This document shows positions 13,031 through 22,200 of a DNA stretch of 64,000 bases, one piece after another (position 1 is the first letter of the stretch; every line of letters begins with the position of its first letter). The translations under genes and the position numbers were made by a program. Origin of the DNA: Paramoeba atlantica (Eukaryota > Protista > Discosea); contig CDRNVI010000080.1 of NCBI GenBank assembly GCA_977017575.1, positions 62,725-126,724 on the forward strand, in the 5' to 3' direction. Under the pieces are notes generated by a model. That model worked only from the letters and a program-made list of their open reading frames with translations, searched no databases and had not been told where the DNA came from.

Positions 13031-14431
13031 ATGAGATCCCAACGTTTGCGGGCTCCTCAGGAGCCGAGCCAGGACCGTGATCGCTCTCCAAAGCGTGACC
13101 GGGCGCCAACACCGGTTGAAACCTCCTCTTTTGCCCGTTCGAAACGCCAGTCTCTTTCATGTCCTCCCGTGCGCCCCCCTCTCCCTCCTCTTCCCACGCA
13201 GCCGGCTCCGCAGGTATCAGCGCGACCTCCTCCTGTTCCCCCTACCCCTGGACCGGCGCGTCGCAAGGTACGCCCTTCAGGAAGAGCACTCAGCCCCGCC
13301 CGCGAACCGCCTAGCCCTCTCCCTTCCAACCTCCCCAGTTTGCCGGCGAGCTCCCTCCCTAGCCCGTATCCATTTCCGCTGGAGGCTCCGGAGCCCCATG
13401 TTCGACGTAGAGGAACCCTCAACCCTGACCAGGTTGAGGCTTCTCGCTCGCCGCGCCGTTACGAGGCCCTCGACCTTGACCACGTCGGGATGCCTCAGCG
13501 TTCACGCTGTGATGCGCGTGGGATCATGACACAATCTAGCAAAGAAGAATTCATCACGAAAGTGATTGAGCTTCTGCGCAAAGACTATGAGGTCACCGTT
13601 GAAGCTGTATGGTCTCTTCCCCGGGATGGCCTACGGCAGACGGTTATAGGGTTGGTGCATATGACGCATCCAAAGGACCCTGAATCAACTGAGTTGTTCG
13701 CCGAGTGGGATGGGGACAAGAACACTGCCTACCGTTTTCCCCATCCCGAGATCAACTACCACTCTTTGGAACTGGCCCATGTTCGGGCGCAGATGCCGGG
13801 TGGGAAACCAGTTGAAGATCTGATCCCCACGTTTGAACGCGTCCGTATTACGGACCCGAAAGGCTTCTCCCCCTACGATCCGGTTACTTGGCAACCGTGG
13901 ATCGACACGGATGATTTGTTCAAGCCACGTGAACTCATCCGTGAGCTGCGCGAAGCTCCGCAGCTTGGGGTACGCTTCAACCCGCCGCCGCAGCGTGAGC
14001 GCCTGTTCAAAATGTTAACTGAATGGGTGTACGCTGCGTGTAATACGGAGGGATGGCTAGAGAAGCACAACCTCGCCGTAGCCCTTCTCATCATCGAAGA
14101 GCTTCGCAACCATTATTGGGCTGCGGCGGGCGTTGCTGTCGAGCGTGTGCAACAGCGTTTGCACCGTGACGACGATCCTCAGGACCGTTACGGTCAGCTC
14201 GTTGTGGATGAGCAACTGAGGGGCCGAACCGCTACGCGTGCTCCCCGACGACGCAGCCAAGGACCTTTCTGTTTTGGCTGCCATCAGCCAGGCCACCTAC
14301 GATCGAACTGCCCCCAATCGTCCCAACAGCAGGGGGGGCAGTTCCGTACCCAGCGCACCCCGCAACAGGATTTTCGCGGCGGGGTGGTGGGCGGCGCCAA
14401 CCGTTACGGCGCAACACGGGCTTTCCACTAG
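13031..14431 (+). CDS. gag-like ORF1 of element B with a CCHC zinc knuckle
   Basis: The ATG lies just after A1. Pro/Arg-rich N-terminus; CFGCHQPGHLRSNC near the C-terminus. Confidence 0.8.
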   Translation: MRSQRLRAPQEPSQDRDRSPKRDRAPTPVETSSFARSKRQSLSCPPVRPPLPPLPTQPAPQVSARPPPVPPTPGPARRKVRPSGRALSPAREPPSPLPSNLPSLPASSLPSPYPFPLEAPEPHVRRRGTLNPDQVEASRSPRRYEALDLDHVGMPQRSRCDARGIMTQSSKEEFITKVIELLRKDYEVTVEAVWSLPRDGLRQTVIGLVHMTHPKDPESTELFAEWDGDKNTAYRFPHPEINYHSLELAHVRAQMPGGKPVEDLIPTFERVRITDPKGFSPYDPVTWQPWIDTDDLFKPRELIRELREAPQLGVRFNPPPQRERLFKMLTEWVYAACNTEGWLEKHNLAVALLIIEELRNHYWAAAGVAVERVQQRLHRDDDPQDRYGQLVVDEQLRGRTATRAPRRRSQGPFCFGCHQPGHLRSNCPQSSQQQGGQFRTQRTPQQDFRGGVVGGANRYGATRAFH

Positions 14432-14434
14432 GAA

Positions 14435-15607
14435 ATGCCCCCCACCCCAATCACTGCTCGTGCCCGTCGTCCCAGGCGACGACGGGTGGATTTTCATACA
14501 CCTGTTCCCTCTCCGTCCCTCCGCCAGCGCGAAAGACGGCCACGCGTGCGTGGCAATACTCCTCCTCCACGCCCTCTCTCCCCGTTACGGCTACGACGTC
14601 GCAGCGTCTCACTTCCGGCACTTCCTCTCCCCCGGCTCACCGTTCCTCCCAAACCCGCCGCCGCCAAACCCGCCGCCGTCGTAACCGCCGACGCCGCACA
14701 GCCGCCAGGAAAACACCGCAAGCAGCTGCTCGAGGCCATTCTGAGGATGCCCGCCGACGATCCTCGCGCCACCCAGTTGGGCGAGGCGCTCCAGCCTATG
14801 TGGGCAACGGCCACGTGGGCCACAAGGGAGCGACTGTGGTTCCGCCTGCGCGAGTATTGCCAGGCGAAGGGAATCACCGCGAATCCTGCAAACGCGGTGC
14901 TCTTCCTGGAGACTCTGCCTCTCGCTACCTCGACGCGCATGGGGTACGCAGGGGCATTGAGGACTCTGTTCGAGCTCATGGGAATCGAAGGTACCCCATT
15001 GAGTCTCTACGTAAAGGCCCTGCAAGCGCAGGGGGGGCTAGAACCCACGCGGCAGATGCTTCCAATCACGCCACTTCTTCTAAAGAAGCTGAGACGTCAT
15101 CTCGACGTAAAGGAGAGCATGTGTTGCCTCCTGTGTTGGAAAGCCGCTGCGAGATGGACCGAGACCGCCGACCTGAGGCGGGAGCAGTTCGTGAGTGTGG
15201 CCAGTCACGAGGTAATCATTTATTGGGGCAGGGGGACCAAGACAACCCGTCTGAATCCTTACCGGCCGTACCTCTACGCGATAGTGACTGGACCGGGGAC
15301 ACCCGAACTGGCTCAGTTTGTGGGAAGTTTGAGACCAGGCCAGCGCCTGTGTTACACGACGGTCCGGGAGATGGACCACAGGATGAATCAACTTCTCGGT
15401 CCGGGGTATGGAACACATTCCATAAAAAGAGGTGCAATTACTTACCTATTCCACGAGATCTCCCTCGGGAATCTCAGGATGGAGGACGTCCAGAACCTCA
15501 CGAAACACCTCAACGTCGAATCACTGTTGCGCTACAACGCAAGCAGTATTACAACGGCAAGGGCTCTCGGGACGCAGAGAGTCTCAGCACGTCTCCCAGT
15601 GCTGTAA
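14435..15607 (+). CDS. Tyrosine recombinase of element B
   Basis: AARWTET, TKT, THSIKRGA, LTKH, LLRYN catalytic residues. Confidence 0.9.
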   Translation: MPPTPITARARRPRRRRVDFHTPVPSPSLRQRERRPRVRGNTPPPRPLSPLRLRRRSVSLPALPLPRLTVPPKPAAAKPAAVVTADAAQPPGKHRKQLLEAILRMPADDPRATQLGEALQPMWATATWATRERLWFRLREYCQAKGITANPANAVLFLETLPLATSTRMGYAGALRTLFELMGIEGTPLSLYVKALQAQGGLEPTRQMLPITPLLLKKLRRHLDVKESMCCLLCWKAAARWTETADLRREQFVSVASHEVIIYWGRGTKTTRLNPYRPYLYAIVTGPGTPELAQFVGSLRPGQRLCYTTVREMDHRMNQLLGPGYGTHSIKRGAITYLFHEISLGNLRMEDVQNLTKHLNVESLLRYNASSITTARALGTQRVSARLPVL

Positions 15608-17313
15608 CCTCGGAGCACGTGGCAAAGTGCTTCGAGGAAGTGCCTTACCTTCGCAGGCACTCCGTTGTTTGTGCACGCCGCTCTTCACGGCTAGCCAAGG
15701 CACACGACGCTCACCTACCTTTGCACGTTAAGAAGTCGATACCTGTTATCCATTTGGATCAGGTTAAGGAGTGGATGAGTATGTCAGCTGCCACTCGTTT
15801 TCGCAAGGTAGTGGATGAATTATTATGGGTACCTAAAGCCCCGTACCCCGAACCTAGTGTGAAAGGTTCATTGCCTGAGGCGGACGTCCGATTGTTGGAG
15901 GACGCAGGCATAATCTCTAAGGTCCCGGCGCAGGAGTTGAGAAAGCGCCCATCGATGCAGTTCATGATTCCCTTCACGGTTGTGGAGACCGATGATGAGG
16001 GCAATCAGCGCAGAAGATTTATTTCATGGACAAGGGACGATAACGATAGATTAAAATCATATGAACCAAAGGTCCCATTATATCATCCCTCCAAGTATCT
16101 TCATAAGGCGCACGAGCCGATGGCTGTGAAGCGGGACTTCACATGCGGGTTTTACCAGATTGGTATCCCGAAGAGGGCGCGGCCCAAATTCCGCCTTAGA
16201 ACGAACAGTGGAGACGTGTATGAGATGAACGTCCTCCCGATGGGCCATAGGTGTGCACCGGAGGTTATGCACACGGTTACCGCCGCGATTGCTGGCGAGG
16301 CGTCGATTTGTTCTCAGCGCTATTCGTTTCACCGAGGCGCTATCGACGTTTATGTTGACGGAGTTCGGTTTGCAGGAACCGACTCCGAGGCCACCACGTA
16401 CGCTCAATTCATTGACGAGCGTTGCGACAAAGCGAACGGTCTTTTCAAAGATCGGGGTCAGCCCCCTGTAGCACAGTACGTGTTCAATGGGGTGGCGTTC
16501 GACCATAACGCGCATACGGTCTGCCTGGGGCCGCGAGTGATCAGGAAACTGCGAGCCGACTCTTTCTTCAACATTTCCTTTGTTGACCTAGAGGCGGTGG
16601 TGGGGCGCCTCATTTATGGCTCCGCAGTTCTCCGACTCAATATGCCGCGATTTTATTTCGCTTTGAAGGTGGCGCAACGGCGTATCAACTTGTTGAACCG
16701 TTGCCCGAAGTTATGTGACCGTCCGGTCGCACTCCCTGTCGTCACTCGCTCCATGCTAGCAGAGTGGAGAAACGAGTTGTTGGAGAATGTTCCACGGTCT
16801 CCACCTCCCCATCCCGATGTTGTTCCACACAAGCATCGTCTCTACACCGATGCCTCGGTGAAAGGGTGGGGAGCGATTATGTATTTAGACAGCGGAGAGG
16901 TTTTGATTACGGGAGAGGCGTGGCCTGAGTCATCCTCGTATGAGGTGAATCGTGCGGAAGCTGCAGCAGTCCGCTTCGCCCTCGAGAAGTTTTCCGCGCA
17001 TTGCCCCCGTGGAACCTGCTTGGATGTTTTTGTTGATAACACCTCCTGTCAGGCTGCACTGAACAGGAGGATCTCCAAGTCAGAGGGGGTTTCAATGGAA
17101 TTGCGCGAAGTCCTGCGACTGACAGAGGAGAAAGGTATTTGTGTCAAGGCAGCGTACATATCCACGGATGAGAACCCGGCGGATGCTGTCAGTCGCGGGA
17201 AGGAGATTGAGAGAGAGAAGGTTGAGAAATATAAAGGCAACATCGACAAATACAGCGATAATCAGCATCATCATATTGGTAAGCTAGACAGTCATATTGA
17301 AGGAAAACCCTAG
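14800..17313 (+). CDS. RT/RNase H of element B (homology starts ~15700; the last ~27 codons come from inserted cassette X1)
   Basis: FMIPFTVVE..RRRFISW, KRDFTCGFYQI, LPMGHRCAP, YVDG; RNase H LYTDAS, NRAEAAA, FVDNTS, NPADAVSRG. Confidence 0.88.
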   Translation: MGNGHVGHKGATVVPPARVLPGEGNHRESCKRGALPGDSASRYLDAHGVRRGIEDSVRAHGNRRYPIESLRKGPASAGGARTHAADASNHATSSKEAETSSRRKGEHVLPPVLESRCEMDRDRRPEAGAVRECGQSRGNHLLGQGDQDNPSESLPAVPLRDSDWTGDTRTGSVCGKFETRPAPVLHDGPGDGPQDESTSRSGVWNTFHKKRCNYLPIPRDLPRESQDGGRPEPHETPQRRITVALQRKQYYNGKGSRDAESLSTSPSAVTSEHVAKCFEEVPYLRRHSVVCARRSSRLAKAHDAHLPLHVKKSIPVIHLDQVKEWMSMSAATRFRKVVDELLWVPKAPYPEPSVKGSLPEADVRLLEDAGIISKVPAQELRKRPSMQFMIPFTVVETDDEGNQRRRFISWTRDDNDRLKSYEPKVPLYHPSKYLHKAHEPMAVKRDFTCGFYQIGIPKRARPKFRLRTNSGDVYEMNVLPMGHRCAPEVMHTVTAAIAGEASICSQRYSFHRGAIDVYVDGVRFAGTDSEATTYAQFIDERCDKANGLFKDRGQPPVAQYVFNGVAFDHNAHTVCLGPRVIRKLRADSFFNISFVDLEAVVGRLIYGSAVLRLNMPRFYFALKVAQRRINLLNRCPKLCDRPVALPVVTRSMLAEWRNELLENVPRSPPPHPDVVPHKHRLYTDASVKGWGAIMYLDSGEVLITGEAWPESSSYEVNRAEAAAVRFALEKFSAHCPRGTCLDVFVDNTSCQAALNRRISKSEGVSMELREVLRLTEEKGICVKAAYISTDENPADAVSRGKEIEREKVEKYKGNIDKYSDNQHHHIGKLDSHIEGKP

Positions 17314-17400
17314 GGGACAGGATCACCAAATACAAAAAAAAAAAGACAAGAAAAAAAGAAAAAAAACAAAGACAAGAAAAAAAAGAAAAAAAAAAAAAAA
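17230..17400 (+). mobile_element. Cassette X1: short coding 3' end, stop codon, UTR and A-rich tail (retroposed 3' fragment)
   Basis: Homologous to 19441-19625, sharing the identical core aaaaccctaggggacaggatcaccaaatac and a similarly patterned A-rich tail. Confidence 0.75.
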
Positions 17401-17438
17401 AACTTTAACGATAAAGATACAGTTTCTGTACCTTGTTG
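17401..17438 (+). ncRNA. Spliced-leader (mini-exon)-like sequence without the SL intron
   Basis: aactttaacgataaagatacagtttctgtaccttgttg has the AAC start, the CAGTTTCTGTAC core and the TTG end typical of kinetoplastid/diplonemid SL exons. It is not followed by GT. Confidence 0.8.
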
Positions 17439-17484
17439 AATTATTTTCCTTATTTCATCTTTTTCCAGGTACGCGGTTCCTTCC

Positions 17485-19440
17485 ATGACAAGCCAAAAGT
17501 CTTTCCTTGAAGAAGAAAAAAGGCACACACTTGGTTCCTGGGATCAATTCGAGGGTAACAAACATTTAATATCCGGCCCCAGCACCTACAACGAACTTGC
17601 CTACACCACCGAGATCCCTGCGCACGTTCCATCCGAATGGACCAGACGAACGGAAGCAGCATGTGCCACGTTGGTTGTCGAGGGGGGGACGCCCGACATG
17701 GGAATCGAATTAGGGGAGTGTGAAGAGTCAAACCACGCCAGCGTTCAGCGACAACCTCCCGATAGTTCCTCAGTTCGCCGTTTTCCAACGACACCCAGAA
17801 AAACGAATAGTATGTCACAGGACTCCATCGTTCTCCGAGGGGAGCTGAAAGGATACAGAAAAACGCCAGTTGGCCGACGAGCCCCCGAGAAACATACCTC
17901 TAAGGGTAGAAAACCGGCACCTGATAAGGAAGTTCTACCTGCAATGGATCTTGATGAAGCATGTTTGACACAGCCATCCGCAACTCAAACACAATCAGCC
18001 GCCGCCGAACCACCGAATCACTCTCCCTCTCACGATGAAACTGTACCTTATTTCCAATCATCACAACAACGAAGAGCCTGCCCAGCACCCGGCTGCAATT
18101 GGGACGCGCCATCACACGGTGGAAGTTGGCAAGCATACTTCAACCACATTGCCTCGCAACATGGAGACAGTGTTCCGGATTCATGGTGGAGAGAAGAAGG
18201 CCGTTTCCGATGCCACGCATGCAATCGCCACTACGACTTAGGGAAAGAACACTCACACTCGAAGAGCTGTAAAATCGCACCTCACATCCCTTGCCAAGAG
18301 GAGGTGAACCCACAAGCTGTAAACCCGACACAAGAGAACGACGCCATCGAATATCTTCCAACATTGGCCGAGATTAGTGCTCTCCCTCGCGCAACTTGCA
18401 AGGATATTCCTCACCGGTGTCGGCTACAGTGGGCACGTGTCCTCACGACTACCCTTAAGGAGGCCCTGGGTAGCACTGGTGTAGGAGGATGGGCTAAGCT
18501 CGCAATGCTCCCAAAGTGCACCCTAGCAGCACCCCGAAGGGGCGGGCGCAAAGGGCACATGTCTTACGCGTCACATGTAAGTAACTGCCTCGAACGCTGG
18601 GAGAAGGGAGACGTCTCCGGCCTCTGGAAAAAACTAATTGTTGAACAAGAGAAAAGGTCGCCTCGCAAAGAACCTGACGAGCATTCACTTGAGGAAGAGA
18701 TGCGAAAGGCCAACCTACGCGCCGAGCTTTTAGTTCGACAAGGCGAATTTTCACGGGGATTGGCAGCACTTACTGCGGATCCTCTCGCACCAGATAACGA
18801 CGACACTCTTTCCCAGCTCCTGCTTAAACACCCCACCCGTCACACCACTGAGCCGCCCGTAGATATGCCTCCCCTAGGCCCGAGGGTGCTTACACTAGGA
18901 GAAACGGATGTACGAAACGCACTAAAAGGTTTTCACCGAGGGTCATCCAGCGGGGCTATGGGGCTGCGGGCAGAACACCTTCAAGCTGCACTACTCGTCA
19001 ATGAAGATCTCGACGTCACACCGCTCTCTGCACTAACAGCTCTCACGAATCACCTCCTCGAAGGCAAAGCACCGTTGGACGTGCAAGAAGCGTTTGCTGG
19101 CGCGCGACTGTGTGCACTCAGAAAAGGGGAGAGTGGTGTACGACCGATAGCTGCCGGGGAGACATTACGCCGTTTGACTAGCAAAGCAGCATGTCTAGCA
19201 GTACGAACGAAGGCACGTGAACTTTTCGCCGGAACACAATTTGGGGTAGCCACACCTGCTGGAGCTGAGCGTCTAATTCACCTTTGTCGAAAAACAATGC
19301 ACGAAAATTCTGAGAACTCCGATTTCGTCCTCTGTAAAGTAGATCTGAAGAACGCGTTCAACAATGTTTCTCGTGCCGCCTTCATTGCGTTGACACGACA
19401 TTACTTTCCAGAGCTTTCACGCTGGGTGGAGTGGTGCTAC
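17485..19440 (+). pseudogene. CRE/SLACS-like non-LTR retrotransposon ORF, 3'-truncated within the RT
   Basis: N-terminal Cys/His fingers (CPAPGC..HIASQH, CHAC..H); RT motifs GAMGLRAEHL, GARLCAL, VRPIAAGETLRRL, QFGV, DLKNAFN, WVEWCY. After that it fuses to cassette X2, so there is no catalytic YxDD. Confidence 0.82.
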
Positions 19441-19625
19441 TATAGAGGAACGATCGCGAAATACATTAATCATAATCACAGTGGTAAGGTAGACAGTCAT
19501 TTTGAGGAAAAACCCTAGGGGACAGGATCACCAAATACAAAAAAAAAAAAGGACAAGAAAAAAAAGAAAAAAAAAACAAAGACAAGAAAAAAAGGAAAAA
19601 AAACAAAAAAAAAAAAAAAAAAAAA
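19441..19625 (+). mobile_element. Cassette X2, a diverged copy of X1 with an A-rich tail
   Basis: YRGTIAKY..GKVDSHFEEKP* versus YKGNIDKY..GKLDSHIEGKP*. Identical UTR core. Confidence 0.75.
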
Positions 19626-20066
19626 GCGGACGGGGTCCTGGGGTATGGAGGTTGTCCCTATAATTTTGGAAGGTTATGGATGTTAATCGGTTAACAGCTC
19701 TTTATTCTCACGCCTTGTTTTTTCGGAAGCAAGGTTCCCCAATGTGAGGTAGAGATGAGTAAAGGTTTCCTTTGCTCTGCGGTTAGCGCCTTAATGTTTT
19801 TTAGCCGCGTCACTGTTGACACGGCCCTACGCATCACGCCTAGTTGCTCCACACTTCTAGGTACACAAGTTGGTCTAGGGCAGAGGTTAAAAGCGTAACC
19901 TGCGTAGCTCGTGTGAGCTTGTAAAGGGCGTGGCAGTGGACTGGTCATCTATTGCTATCGTTATCCTTTTGTGAGTTCTGGGATGGTATATGAAAAATTA
20001 TTTTACTATGTGATTGGGCATTTCTTTGGTTATTTATATTGATTGTGTGACGTGTGTGTGGGCAGG

Positions 20067-20735
20067 TTGGCCGAGGGTTCCGGTGGGGGGGAATCCCGTT
20101 AACAACGTGACACATTATTATTGGTTTTATGCAGGCTTTCTTTTGAACTATGTTTGTGCATGTGAATTCTATCTATATATCGTATTATGTGTTCTTTGAT
20201 TTTGGGACGATTTGGAAGTGTGATTATATTAGTCATAGGTATTTACTTATATTTGTTTGTTACTTATAAGTTTCATGGAGCCCCCTCGGCGTGGATTTCT
20301 AATAGTCCACGTTTTGAAATTTAGCCGAGGGGCTGTTATGTATTTGCCTGCTGGCCCTTCGGGGCACATAGTTTCTTCGAATTATGATTTGTATTCAGAA
20401 TTTTACATGGGATGGGTATTTACTATTATCTTATATATCCTTGTTAGGTTGTTATTTTACTTTGCTTTAAGTTTTTGTGCCCACCCACCAAGACCCAGCC
20501 ATTTGGCCGAGGGTTCCGGTGGGGGGGAATCCCGTTAACAACGTGACACATTATTATTGGTTTTATGCAGGCTTTCTTTTGAACTATGTTTGTGCATGTG
20601 AATTCTATCTATATATCGTATTATGTGTTCTTTGATTTTGGGACGATTTGGAAGTGTGATTATATTAGTCATAGGTATTTACTTATATTTGTTTGTTACT
20701 TATAAGTTTCATGGAGCCCCCTCGGCGTGGATTTC
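20067..20735 (+). repeat. B1-A2-(24-bp spacer)-B2 terminal repeat block of element B
   Basis: B1 20067-20299, A2 20300-20478, spacer 20479-20502, B2 20503-20735, by direct sequence comparison. Confidence 0.95.
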
Positions 20736-21038
20736 ATATTCTACTCAGAGCTGAGTGCGGCTCTTGGTGGAATTATGGCAGCAGTCAGAAAAGGACATCG
20801 GGACATTCTATTGAACGTCGACAACGCGCCTGTGGCCATGGCCCTCCAGAGGCGGGCAAGCACTAACTTCACTGCCAATAGGTGGATGCAGTACATCCCA
20901 TCAAACACTAACCTGGAAGTAAAGTGGGTACCTACCAACGCCCAAATAGCAGATCCCTTCACGAGAAAATCCAGCGCTGAAGACTTGACACCACTGCCCT
21001 CCATCGGTACTTATATTGAGAGCCTACGGCGCCCGTAG
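20736..21038 (+). CDS. Displaced C-terminal half of the element A RNase H
   Basis: IFYSELSAA..LNVDN..IADPFTR. Joins 12845 in frame to give GAH|IFYSEL. Confidence 0.88.
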   Translation: MFYSELSAALGGIMAAVRKGHRDILLNVDNAPVAMALQRRASTNFTANRWMQYIPSNTNLEVKWVPTNAQIADPFTRKSSAEDLTPLPSIGTYIESLRRP

Positions 21039-21217
21039 GGAATTCCGTATTTTCAAAGCAAACCATACTTAGCCCTCATCTAGTTTGCCCATTAGAAGAA
21101 AATAGAAGAACGTATAGCACATGGAATGAGTCTAATATTTAATGAGTTACACTTCGGCAAGAATTGAAGAGTTTTGTTTATCCTATTTTCTAAAACAGAC
21201 GAAATTAAAATGTATGT

Positions 21218-22151
21218 CCCCCTGGAGAGACCTCCTGGACTCCCCCCGGACCGCACCCTAGACCCCCCCCCTGGACACCCCCCTGGACCCGCCCTGGACT
21301 CCCCCTGGACCGCACCCTGCCCCCACCCATGGACACCCCCCTGGACCCCCTGGACCCCACCCCCCCTAGACACGCCCCCTGGACACCCCCCTGGACCCCC
21401 TGGACCCCACCCCCCCCTAGACACCCCCCCTGGACACCCCCCCTGGAGAGACCTCCTGGACCCCCCGGACCGCACCGTAGACCCCCCCCTGGACACCCCC
21501 CTGGACCTCCCCTGGACCTCCCCTGGACTGCACCCTAGACCCCCTCCCCCTGGACACCCCCCTGAACCCGCCCTCGACTCCCCCTGGACCGCACCCTGCC
21601 CCCACCCCTGGACACCCCCCTGGACCCGCCCTGGACTCCCCCTGGACCGCACCCTGCCCCCACCCATGGACACCCCCCTGGACCCCCTGGACCCCACCCC
21701 CCCTGGACACCCCCCCTGGACACCCCCCCTGGAGAGACCTCCTGGACCCCCCGGACCGCACCGTAGACCCCCCCCTGGACCCGCCCTGGACTCCCCCTGG
21801 ACCGCACCCTGCCCCCACCCCTGGACACCCCCTCCCTGGAGACACCCCCTGGACCGCACCCTAGACCCCCCCCCTGAACCTCCCCTCTGGACCCCCCCTG
21901 GAGACACCCCCTGGACTCCCCCCCCTGGAGACACCCGCTGGACCCGCCCTGGACTCCCCCTGGACCGCACCCTGCCCCCACCCCTGGACCCCCCCTGAAC
22001 CTCCCCCCTGGACCCCCCCCTGGAGACCCCCTGGACTGCACCCTAGACCCCCCCTGGACACCCCCCTGGACCCGCCCTCGACTCCCCCTGGACCGCACCC
22101 TGCCCCCACCCCTGGACTCCCCCCGTGTACCCCGCCCCTGGGCCCCACCCC
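21218..22151. repeat. Second C-rich CCCCCTGGA-type repeat block
   Basis: Same units as 6441-7026 (e.g. ccccctggagagacctcctggactccccccggaccgcaccctaga). Confidence 0.9.
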
Positions 22152-22200
22152 TCGCCGCGATTGAAGTCGTGAAGTCACAAAACTTTGATATGCCTTTTTC
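22152..22200. repeat. Isolated ~50-bp fragment of the 177-bp satellite
   Basis: tcgccgcgattgaagtcgtgaagtcacaaaactttgatatgcctttttc matches the monomer. Confidence 0.92.

Larger units (their letters stand above)
12846..20735 (+). mobile_element. YR retrotransposon B with split direct repeats A1-ORFs-B1-A2-B2 (Ngaro/PAT-type termini, VIPER/TATE-type ORF order)
   Basis: A1 12846-13024 = A2 20300-20478 (179 bp). B1 20067-20299 = B2 20503-20735 (233 bp). Contains gag-CCHC, YR and RT/RNaseH ORFs. No TSD. Confidence 0.93.
9129..21217 (+). mobile_element. YR retrotransposon A (VIPER/TATE-like order gag-YR-RT/RNaseH), interrupted by element B at 12845/20736; ends approximate
   Basis: ORFs are at 9394, 10246 and ~11400-12845 plus 20736-21038. 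The ends are taken where the C-rich repeat stops and resumes. Confidence 0.8.

Noticed and set aside
17297-17528. Poly-Lys and poly-Phe ORFs
   Set aside because: Translations of the A-rich tail of cassette X1.
6311-22178. Pro-rich and Gly-rich ORFs over the C-rich blocks
   Set aside because: Translations of low-complexity C/G runs on both strands.
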